Source of the DNA: Geosiphon pyriformis uo1
Taxonomy: Eukaryota > Fungi > Glomeromycota
DNA: 64,000 nt
Assembly: GCA_016748015.1 (NCBI GenBank)
Contig: JAAOMT010000599.1
Location: forward strand, 124,001-188,000
Direction of reading: 5' to 3'
The notes under the pieces were generated by a model, which saw only the letters and a list, made by a program, of their open reading frames with translations, did not search any database and was not told the origin of the DNA. Both the position numbers and the translations under genes were made by a program. This document shows positions 13,301-23,929 of the stretch, one piece after another. The stretch's first letter is position 1. Every line of letters begins with the position of its first letter.

Positions 13301-15982
13301 TACCACTACTTTTATGATGCTGAAATGATTTTTAACCTAGCAATGACATTGATTAATGAAGCCACCCAAGAAGATGTCCACCAAATGAAAGAAGCTGAAT
13401 ACATTGAGTATACCATAGAATTAGCTGGATTTGATTATGAAGATGAAATAAAAACCTACCACCAAATTGCAAGCCACACATATCTGACCAAAGAAGCTCA
13501 AATTCAATGATTAGAGCAAATAAACATTTAATTGTGTGAAAAATGTGTTATGCCTTGTGATAACCAATGGTGTTTAGAATGTTATGCTTTTAGCATTCCT
13601 CTGCCAGATGAGAATGATGAAAATGAAATCGAATTTGGAGTATCTAAACTAGTAGAAAAACTACCAACCACTCTCATCTATCTTCTTGAAAAGCAACCAT
13701 CTCTACAACTTAAATATTTTGACAACCATGGCCAAGGAATCAGACCAGAAAAAGCACACGAAATTGATGCTGGATATGACCTAAGATACCCAGGAAAAGA
13801 TACTTTGGTTCTTCAACCAAAGTTCTTGACAAAAATTAATCTCAAAATTGCTCTTGAAATACCACCAGGAGCAATGGTTCAAATTGCTTCCAGATCATCA
13901 TTGGCAAGCAAAAGAATCAATATTAAAGAAGGAGTTATAGATGCAGGATACACTGAAGACATTACCATCATGTTACAAAATAAGACAGACAAACCATTCA
14001 AAATTGAACATGCTGAAAAAATTGCTCAAGAAATTTACTTACCCTTAATCAACATTTCGGGTTTACAATTAGTAAACAACAGAGAACAATTGGGAAAAAG
14101 TGAAAGAGAAACTCAAAGTTTTGGTTCAATTGGACAATTTACAGTTCTAGTAAACATAGCTCTTAATACACAAAATGAATCTCACCAGATTCTTCAACTT
14201 TCCCAGCCAATTACCATTTCACTTTTTGGAGAACATCACGAAATTTACACTTGCTCAAAACCCACCACTACACAACAAATCTTTGAATCCAATGAACAAA
14301 TCTGTTTGAAGCATGAAATCTCAATTTCAAATGTTTATATTCCTAAAGAAATGAAAAAATTTCGAGTTACATTTTACAATCCCAATAATTACTCTATTGT
14401 TTTATTAAATAAACTAGAGATTGGAATTATACACAGCAATATTTTTCAAGATGAAAACTCTCAAATTGTTTCTAATTTCATCAAAATTTTAAGACACACT
14501 CTACTTTCAAATCCAAATATCATTCCCACTACTAAAAACTACCACTTTTTGGGAAAAAAACTCTCTCAAATCAACATGGGTCCCTTAGAACCTCAACAAC
14601 AAAGACAATTAAAACAATTGATAGCTGAATTTGCAGATATATTTGCAAAAGACAACAATGATCTGGGAAAAATGAATATGATTCAACATCAAATCCATAC
14701 AAAAGATGCTCCACCAAAACATCAGCAAGCTTATAGAGTGCCACCTGCCAGCCACCAATTTATCAAAGAAGAAGTTCAGAAAATGCTCAATAACGGATTG
14801 ATTCAACCATCAAGAAGTCCTTGGGTCTCACCAGTAGTCCTTGTCAAAAAGAAAAATGAAAAAATCAGATTTTGTGTTGACTATTGCCAATTGAACAGTA
14901 TGACAATTGGAGATGTCTACTCTCTTTCAAGAATTGATAACATGCTAGATGCTCTAGGAAAAGCCAAGTTCTTCTCAACTTTAGACTTGGAAAGTGGATA
15001 CTGGCAAGTCGAAATGGACCCAAAAAACCGACCCAAAACAGCATTTACCACCCAGGAAGGAAACTATGAGTTCAATGTTATGCCTTTTGAACTCTGCAAT
15101 ACACCAGCAACATTCCAATGACTCATAGATGTTGTATATGAAGGACTCTTATGGCAATTATTAGTTGTCTATCTTGATGATATTAATGTATACTTACCAA
15201 GCTTTGAAACTTATCTTATCCACCTGCAAGAAGTTTTTCAATGATTATGGAAAACAGGATTGAAGTTAAATATTGAAAAATGTCACTTTGGAAAAACAAG
15301 CTTAATCTTTCTCAGACATATTGTTAGCAAAAATGAAATCAAACCAAATTCTGGAACAATCAGTGCTGTCAAAAACTTTCAAACTCTCAGAAATACTACA
15401 GAACTACAAGGATTTGTAAGATTAGCCTCTTATTATTGAAAATTTATAAAAAAATTCTCAGAAATTGCCAAATCACTCAATTATCTTATCAACAAAAATG
15501 TACCATACAAATGGACTGAAGAACAACAAAAAGCTTTTGAAACTCTCAAAACAAAATTGACAACAGCCCCAGTTCTTGCTTACCCAGACTTCAACAAACG
15601 ATTCCAATTAGTCACTGATGCTTCACATATAGCATTTGGTGCCATTTTATCACAATTAGATAAAAATAACCAGGAACAAGTTATTGTCTATGCCAGCAGA
15701 ACACTCAAGCCAACAGAACTCAAATATGGCTCAACTGAATTGGAAGCCACTGCAGTCATCTGGGCTCTTAAACACTTTCAACAATACCTGAAAAATAGAA
15801 AAAAATTTGACATAATAATTGACAATATTGACCTCAAATAGCTTAATAAAAAGAAAACTGAACAAAGTGCCAAACAGTCTTGATAGAATGACTTCCTAGC
15901 AGACTACAGATACATTGTACATTACAAACCAGAAAAACTACACACCAATGTTGATAACCTCTCAAGAATAAAACAATATTAA
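10360..15982 (+). pseudogene. Family A gag-pol polyprotein (N-terminal extension, capsid, CCHC knuckle, aspartic protease, Cys-rich domain, dUTPase, RT, RNase H), inactivated
   Basis: Capsid IPEFTG...PQEWLDKV; knuckle CHYCGIPEHWKQDY; protease LILDSKLAKS; RT SPWVSPVVLVKKK, FCVDY, LDLESGYWQV, YLDD at 15170; RH LVTDASH, STELEA. One frameshift at about 11640 is explained by a 2-bp deletion relative to the copy near 46450. Confidence 0.93.
13720..14130 (+). other. Trimeric dUTPase domain within the family A pol
   Basis: All five motifs recognisable: DAGYDL, RSSLA, GVIDAGYTEDI, KIAQ, RETQSFGS (degenerate RG..GFGS). Confidence 0.92.
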
Positions 15983-16049
15983 TACCAATATCAACACCAA
16001 CAAAACACCAACAAACTTAACAGCAAAACAAACAACAAAATCAACAACA

Positions 16050-17434
16050 ATAGATCCAGAAAACTACAACAACATCAAAAACTATTTGGAGACCCTCACC
16101 ATGCCAGAAAATTGGTCTCCAAGTGAAAAACATTGATTACAACACCAATCCAAACAATATTTTATACACTACAACAAAATCTATTACAAAAATCGTAAAA
16201 ACCCAAACCAACCACTCAGATTAGTACAGAAAAATGAAAAAAAAACAATTTTATATAACATGCACACAGATCCGTCTTCAGCACACTTGAGAAGAGATGG
16301 AACAATTCAAAAAACTCTTGAACATTATTTTTGGCCTCACATGCAAAAAGACATTTGACAATATGTAGAATCTTGTGATAGTTGTTAAAGAAAAGGAGGA
16401 ATTCACCTCACAGAACCTTTAAATCCAATCAAAGTTGGACAACTGTTTGACAAAGTTGAAATTGATTTAGTCGGATCATTACCTATCACAACCCAAGGAA
16501 ATTGCTATATTGCAGTAGCAGTAGATTATCTTACCAAATGGCCTGAAACTAGAGCCATTCCAAAAGCAAATGCAAAATCAGTAGCAAATTTCATTTATGA
16601 AGACATTATTTGTAGATATGGATGCCCAATTGAACTTTTATCTGATCAAAGAACACATTTTGTGAACAACTTGATACAAGAAATTTGTGAATGATTCAAT
16701 GTCAAAAGACCTCTATCATTGCCTTATCACCTTCAAACAAATGGACTTGTAGAACGTTTCAATAGAACATTGTGTGAATTGTTGGCCAAAGTCTCAACAG
16801 ATTTTGAGCAGGAATGAGATATCTTTATTCCATCAGTGTTACTAGCATACAGAACACTAAAACAAGATACTACAAAACACACACCATTTGACCTTACTTA
16901 TGAAAGGACAGCAACATTACCAATTAATTTCACAGTAGAAACATATCCAGTGCAACCAATCAATGAAGAAAACTTTCAAGAAACACTCCAAAGAAAGGCC
17001 TACACTCTTCTCAGTATACTGGAAGGAAAAAAAAGGATAGTAGCAACTTACATTGAACATTCTCAAGCTTAACAAAAAAAAGACATGACAACAAATTACC
17101 ACCCATTATCAACGAATTTAAAGTTGGAAATAAAGTTTTCTTACACAGAACTAAGGCTGAAAAACAATAAAGTGGGAAATTTGAAAACAAATAGGATAGA
17201 CCATTTTATATTTACAAAATTCTAGACAATGGATCATACAAGTTAAGACTTAATAACAAAGTACTAGCAAAAGTTGCACATGGAAATAGATTAAAACACT
17301 ATCATTCCAGAAACAATCCTGAACCATTAATTTCACAAATTGGTACACATTCCTCTTTAATTAATCTTGAAGATATTCCTCAAAATTTAGAACCAATAAT
17401 TATAATAGAACAACAATCAAACTTAAACACTTAA
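16050..17434 (+). pseudogene. Family A integrase (HHCC, DDE core, GPY/F tail), in a separate frame from RT-RH
   Basis: MHTDPSSAH...CDSC; EIDLVG, VDYLTKWPE, LSDQRTHF, QTNGLVERFNRTL; RPFYI...NGSYKL. No chromodomain seen. Confidence 0.92.
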
Positions 17435-17588
17435 TTCAACATAATTTTACAATAATCTTTAATAATACACAAAAGACAAAAATAATAAATAATTACAAAA
17501 CATCCAAAACCCAAAAACAAATAAAACCCCAGACCCAAAAAAAATATTTTTCTTTATTCTTCTTTTTCACTAATTAGTCAATTTTATC

Positions 17589-18296
17589 ATGATTATTCCT
17601 CAAAATATTCAACAAATATCCCAAAAATTAATGTTAGCCTTGAAAACACTTCCTGACTTATCCATAATAATTAATGGAAGTTAAATCAATTACATTCAGA
17701 AAGAAACCACAGCCCCAGTAATAAATAATTCTCAGAACTACCACTCCTATAAAAGAAAAACAAGAAATCACTCTGAGAATAGGTTACCAGAACTTTTGAA
17801 GCAGGCACTAAAAGAAAACTTTTTATCTGCCCCTATTGACATTCCACCAAATGCCACAATACAACAAAAACTTTTACTATTACTTAATGAACAGAACAAT
17901 GAACATACTCTCATATTTAAATATTTTTTCATTGGAAAAACACTTTATAAACAAAAACTAGAACTTGAAGCAACAAATACCACCCCAGAAGCCATACAAA
18001 AACAAATTCACAATGAATTCAAGACAGCAGCTGGATCAACAAACACTCACTACAAACTTAGAACAGCTCTTAAACTCTATGACTTGTTTAATACTTGTGA
18101 AAATGTCCTACAAAGCCCAATACTTTAACCATTGAAAATACAATACATTGGAAAGCTCACAGAACTGAAATTTCAACAATTTTCAGAGCAAATCACTTCA
18201 ATTATCTTGGACCACTATCTTGACATTACAGATAATGCTTGGACTTTGATGGAGCTCAGTTTTGAGGAGGAGGTTATGTTACCAGTAGAATTTTAG
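17589..18296 (+). pseudogene. Family A ORF3 (post-integrase accessory protein of unknown function, about 235 aa, 2 internal stops)
   Basis: ATG at 17589 is in frame with ORF 17796-18128; the frame reads through the PPT and stops at TAG 18294-18296 inside the 3' LTR. Confidence 0.75.
18264..18273 (+). other. Polypurine tract of family A (GAGGAGGAGG)
   Basis: Purine run 3 nt upstream of the 3' LTR. Confidence 0.8.
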
Positions 18297-18851
18297 CTAT
18301 TAATTAGCATGAAATTATCTTTATAATTCCTATCAGTAATTAACATGTTAATATTAATTCAAATTATCACTTATTATTTAATCAATTTATCACATATTAC
18401 GATTCAATTAATAATCCAATTAGTACAACAGAAAGTAAGATGATCAAATTACACAATACTCTGAACTTTGTAACATTCAAAAATTCGCCGAAATTTACAG
18501 AAATTCGCCGAAATTTATAGAAATTTGCCGAAATTATGAATAGTTCATCCAAATTAATCAATAGTTCAGCGAAATAACTTGTAGTTCATCAAAATGTATC
18601 TTTAGTTCACCAAAATTTAAGCAAAGAGAAAAAGTGTAAGTTCATAGACTAGTACTACAACAAGTTGTATAAAAAAAGAGCTTTTCTCTTCAAGAAAATG
18701 TATCTTAATTTAGATTTATCACTTAAAATCATTCCTACATGCACAAAAAGAAATAAATATCAAATAATTTGAAAAACCAAATTCTTTAATTATTGCACTT
18801 GGAAAATCCCCAAAACCCAACTAATGTTTTGAAATTGATTAGCTACCAATT
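18277..18851 (+). repeat. Family A 3' LTR, 3'-truncated
   Basis: Aligns to 9301-about 9897, then similarity stops abruptly. Confidence 0.93.
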
Positions 18852-19089
18852 AATAAAACTATATAAAAATTAAAACATAGTTTTAACTTAAATTGATTTA
18901 ATTTTAACAATAATAATAAATATTAATATAAAAATTATCTATTTAAAAATTTTTGATAATTAGTAATTGTATTTTTAAAAAACAAAAAAAAATTATTTTT
19001 ATTTTATTAACCTAATTTTTATAATTAAATAATATAATAATATAAATAAAATTATATATTAAGATATAATTTGTTTTGTTTTTAAAACC

Positions 19090-19255
19090 AAAAAACTTTT
19101 TTCTTTTTTACATCCAAAATTTACCAAAGAATACTATTTTTGTAAAAAAAAATTTTAATCATTTAGTAAAATAAATTCAAATCTTTTTTGCTTGACTACA
19201 AAACTATTGTTGGTTCTAATATAGTTATTATAAAAAAGTCTATTAAAAATTCTGG
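19090..19255 (+). mobile_element. Degenerate 5' fragment of a LINE related to the one at 1-4232
   Basis: ttttttgcttgactacaaaactattgttggttctaatatagttattataaaaaagtct resembles the reverse complement of about 4075-4140. Confidence 0.6.
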
Positions 19256-20060
19256 TGTTACAGATAATTATTTGGGGTGTTGGAACAAATAATAAACTTA
19301 TAACTTAGTGTTTAATAGCTAAAAATATTGATAATTTCTAAAAAATTTGAAGTTTAAAGATTTTTGTTAAGTCTTTTATATAATGAACAGAAATTCAATT
19401 AATAATTTATTCTGTGAATATTTTTTTTCAGCATGATAACCAGTTTATTTTGACAGTTATGCTCTTCTGGTAAGCTATTCTTAAGCTTTTTACTCTTGTT
19501 CTTAAGTCTTTTACCAGTGTTATGAGTAAACTTGATAGGATAGAAAAATGATAATGTTTGGTGTTCTTAATTATTAGTAAGGCATGTTTTATGTAATTTC
19601 AGTGGCTTAATCTTAATTATTAGTCTCTGAAGGTCTTATTTTACTGGTTGTGAATTTACTCATTGAGTTTTTTGGTTATAAGACACAGAGTTTTGGTTCT
19701 TGCTGATTGCAACTTTTTATAAAGATGAGCTTTTTTCTCTGAGCTAACAAGCACAGTCATTAGGGTTTGGCAGTGTCTTTTTACTCTTCTGGTAAGCTAT
19801 CAAGATAACATTAATATCCAAAAACCTAGGGGAAGCTTTTCTCTTTTACCAAGTTATTATGAAATCTATTTTCAGACAGTCAATTTTATTATGTTGCTGT
19901 TCTACAAAAGAATAAAAAAAAGAAATAAAAAGAAAAAAAAAGAAAAAAAAAAAAGAAAAAAAAGAATTAGTATTGTCAATCACCATGATTAAGAGTAATT
20001 AGTCTAAATTGTTAATAGTTCAAGATAGTTATGCTAAGAGCATCTATTTTAAAACAAAGA
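19256..20060 (-). repeat. Family C-related LTR fragments in reverse orientation
   Basis: Starts TGTTACAGATAATTATTTGGGGTG, the reverse complement of the C LTR 3' end at about 46041-46064; further C-LTR-like motifs follow. Confidence 0.7.
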
Positions 20061-21557
20061 TACAAAACAATAATTAATTTACATAAATTCCACAAAGTTT
20101 GAGAACATGAATTCATGATTCTGATTTCTTAATAATTGATTTATTTCAGAAGATGAATATGGAATATAATAAATAATAAAGGGGTATAGATAAAAACAAA
20201 AAATGCCAATAATTAGAATACAACAAAAATGCTTAAAGCAATTCATATTTTCTTTAAAAAACTGTAAGTAAATAGTATTACTCATAAAAAACAGAAATTA
20301 TAATAGTTAGATAAAAACAGTCAATCAAAAATAAACATAATAAAAAGAAGAATTCCAGATTTCTTCTCAAAAAATTTCAGGATTTCAGAATTTTTCTTAA
20401 AAAATTAAAAAATTTTAAGGAATCTTATATAACAGAAATTATGTATATATATTAATAATATCAAACAAATAAAAACAAACAAATAAGTTCAGACAAAAAA
20501 GTAATTAAATACCTTTCTTTTCAAAAGTTAATTGTTTATACCTTAAAGTAAAATCATTTAAATATCAAATAAAATTATTGTTTTATTATTTAATTTATGT
20601 TATTTATATTATTGGGTTAATATTGTTATTTTCCAACTTAATCAATAACTCATATTAATAATATCTATTACTTAATTACATTAAACCAATAACTCTTAAT
20701 TATAGCTATTAACAAGATACAAATTTCTTATTTTTTTTATTTTGTTTTTTTGTTGTTTATTAATTAATTAAAAGATTAAATATTGAGATATTAATATTAA
20801 AAATAGTCTGGTAAAAAATCTGTAAAACAAAAACAAAAACTTAAAAATTGCTTACCAAAAGAGCATAATTGTTAGATTAAACCAGCCATTATGCTGAAAA
20901 AAAAATTCATAAAAGAAACTATTAATTGAATTTTTGTTCATTATATAAAGAACTCAACCAAAATCTTTAGATTATGAAAATCTTTAGAAATCCATATTAT
21001 AATTAAATATTGAATATCAAGTTACGAATTTATTATTTATTCTAATATCCCAAATAATCATTTATAACATTTAGTGCTTTTTGTAAAATATAATCTAGCA
21101 GAAAACAAAACACTATTATCAATTATTCAGAAAAGTAACAGACTTAAAAGTTATAAAAATAAATTACTTGGAATTCACAAAATTTTTATTTTAACAATAT
21201 TAACATCAGTTGAAATTAACCAGCAATTATTTCTCAGCAGAATTAGTATTTAATTCCTATATTAATAAAAAGATTATATATTTTTTAAGAAAACAAACAG
21301 ATTTTAAATTAGCAAAAGAAAATTTTTACAATAAATTATTTCAATACACTAGTTTACTACAGAATTACAATTTTACTCTAATTATCACTAAAGTAAATTG
21401 TGAAATTAAAAAGTACATTTAGCAAAAGTTTTTAATTATATTTATAGACAAAGACAAAAACAAAATACAAACACCAGTAAATACACCTAAAACAATACAA
21501 CTACTTAACTAAAAAAAATCAAAGTTATTTTTTATTACATTTATCTTACTATCATAT

Positions 21558-22283
21558 TGTTATGGTTGAAACCCATAATTTTTATTAGTTATCACATGTA
21601 TTAGCCACTGATGTCACATAAGTAGCCATTCTATTTTTAGATAGTAATCATTGATCTGATCAATGACCTGACCATTGACCTGATTATTGACCTGATTATT
21701 GATCTGATCAATGATCTGATCATTGACCTGATTATTGACCTAGTCGTTGACCTGGTCATTGACCATTTTTAATAGCTATATAAGCGATGAGTCTCTTAGC
21801 TGTAGAAAATCATCTCTCAAACAAGAATCAAATAAATAAAAATAACAACTTTCATCTCAATCACTCTTTTATTGCTAAATTTCCTTTCCCTACCTTCAAG
21901 TATCTGAACATCTTAGGATAAAAGATTACTTGTTGGCTTTTTTCTGTTTGAATAATTGTAATATTTGAAGACTATTTGTATAAACATGACTAAAAAGCAC
22001 AAGTTGATACCTGATATTGAATTCTAAAAGTGCTGACGTGAAGACATAGAATTAATACCAGCAGTAATCAATTGTTGACAGTACAGACTATTCCTCTATC
22101 TTCAGATTCCCAGTTACCTTTGAAAAGAATAGCGACTGAGATATTTTATAAGACTGATCTTGTATATTGAATCCATACTCATTCAATTTGCTCATTGAAG
22201 TTGAATCCCTTTTGATTATTTCCATCACCCTACAATCCTGTTCTCTCTTGCTATCTGTTAGCTTGTTACTTCAATCTGTAACA
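21558..22283 (+). repeat. Family B 5' LTR
   Basis: Direct repeat of 29608-30250. Confidence 0.95.
21652..21764 (+). repeat. 12-bp tandem repeat (consensus about TGACCTGATCAT) x9 in the B 5' LTR
   Basis: Nine units here versus two in the 3' LTR (about 29702-29730). Confidence 0.9.
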
Positions 22284-22289
22284 TAAAAG

Positions 22290-22306
22290 TGATGCTCCCT
22301 GTGAGG
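22290..22306 (+). other. Candidate PBS TG(A)TGCTCCCTGTGAGG, elongator tRNA-Met-like
   Basis: Resembles the complement of a eukaryotic elongator tRNA-Met 3' end; related TGGTGCTTCCTGTAAAG follows the C2 LTR at 32535. Confidence 0.6.
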
Positions 22307-22335
22307 TTGTCAAAATCCACTTGTTTTCTTATTGT

Positions 22336-23895
22336 ATGGGTGATTATTTATACCTATCACAACAATCAGCAGAACACTTTGAAGCACACAACAGAAACGA
22401 TCTAGACTTTATTGAACTCAATCCTTTGTCATCCTACTTGATTTGCTTCTCTCTTGAAGAACAATCCAGTAGACAATTCCAAGACTTTTAGAATTGGTTC
22501 CTAAATGAGCATTCAGCTAAAACCTATACAGCCTACACAATCTATTACTTTGACCAAGCTTACTTTGAAAACAACTTTGAAGAAAAAAACAACAATATCA
22601 ATTAGCTTTTATACTCAGCAACCTTTGAACAACAACCTCCTGAATTCGAATATCTAAATTACCAAATTCACATCTGGATTGCTGCCCATCAATCAGCTGA
22701 AACCTTTTTTGAAACAGAAGAAGAAAGTTACCAAACTGCTCCTATTTTTGATTTCTTCCCAAGTGATTCAGATCATTCCACTCAAACAGTAACTCCTGAA
22801 CCAATGGCCCAAGATCCAATGCAAGCAAACATTCTAGCCACCTTCCAAGGCATACAAACTGCTTTGGGGCAAAAAAACAACACCCTATTATCATTATTTA
22901 GAGGTGATGCACAAAATCCAATTGAATGGTTGGACGATTTTAAAAAAGCAGCCACTGCCAACTAATATGATGATGAGTACAAGTTCCAAATTGTTGGTGG
23001 CTACTTTCAAGGCTTTCCTGTCACATGGTTTTCACAAAAAACCAATGCCAATGTCCAGCACAGAATTATCAGATAAATACCAGCAGATGCAGGAGAAAAC
23101 AATACCTCTTTTACTATCTGGTTTGAAAACAAGTTTAGAACTCTAATCTTAATATCTAAATGGTGCATGGAACTAGAAAGAAGAACCCAAGGTCCTGGTG
23201 AAGTTGTAACCAAATATGCCAAAGCAATCAGAAAGTTAATCAAGCAAGTAGACTCTGGAAGGAACTGAACAGAAGAACAAAAGATTCATTCTTTTACAAA
23301 AGGATTGAGAACTGACTTATCTTATCCTTTTTGGCCTCTTTTGGCTCTGAAAGACAACTCTACAATGGATATGGCTATTGAACTCACCCAAAGGATTGAA
23401 GATAATCAAAGGATGCATCTGGGATCCACACTTCCAGTTTTTGCTTCTGCTCCTGTCATGGCCCCTGCTTCTCAAGTGGCTGCTACTTCTTTTGCTGCCC
23501 AAACCCAAGACCCAAATGAACAATTGATAGATAGACTCACAGCTAATCTTGCCTGGTTATTAGAACTGTTAACACAAGCAGTCAGAGATAACCAGCAACC
23601 ACCAAGATCTAGATATGAACCTCGTTTTAACCAGCCCCAGCAACCTCCCTATCAAAGACAGCAAAATCGTGGCCCACCTGTGTGCTATCATTGTGGATTA
23701 ACTGGACATTATTCAAGAGATTGTAACAATTCTTTATTGCCTCCTCCAGCTTTCAGAAATAATGACAACCAAAACAACAGACCCAACAACAACAACAACA
23801 ATGTCTCCAATCAAAAACCCAATCATGCCAATATCAATTTCTTTGGAGAGAATCCCCTAGTTGAAGCCACTGTTTATCAGCCTTTAAACTGGTAG
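22336..23895 (+). pseudogene. Family B gag
   Basis: FRGDAQNPIEWLDDF capsid segment, QGPGEVVTKY, knuckle CYHCGLTGHYSRDC; one frame with scattered stops, ending QPLNW*. Confidence 0.88.
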
Positions 23896-23929
23896 GTGCA
23901 CCTCCAATGGGTAAGAGTGCAAGCCAACC
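23883..23929 (+). other. Candidate -1 programmed ribosomal frameshift signal (T TTA AAC plus downstream stem-loop)
   Basis: The heptamer is in the gag frame 2 codons before the gag stop, and the -1 frame is the open pol frame. TGCAC/GTGCA and GGTAGG/CCAACC arms follow. Confidence 0.75.

Larger units (their letters stand above)
9301..18851 (+). mobile_element. Ty3/Gypsy LTR retrotransposon, family A (dUTPase-bearing); near full length, 3' LTR truncated
   Basis: Direct LTRs starting TGTTACCAGTAG at 9301 and 18277, PBS, PPT, and domain order gag-PR-Cys-rich-dUTPase-RT-RH-IN-ORF3. Confidence 0.96.

Noticed and set aside
21652-21764. Short tandem repeats as a CRISPR-like array
   Set aside because: The units are contiguous with no unique spacers, lie inside an LTR, and there are no cas genes; the context is eukaryotic.
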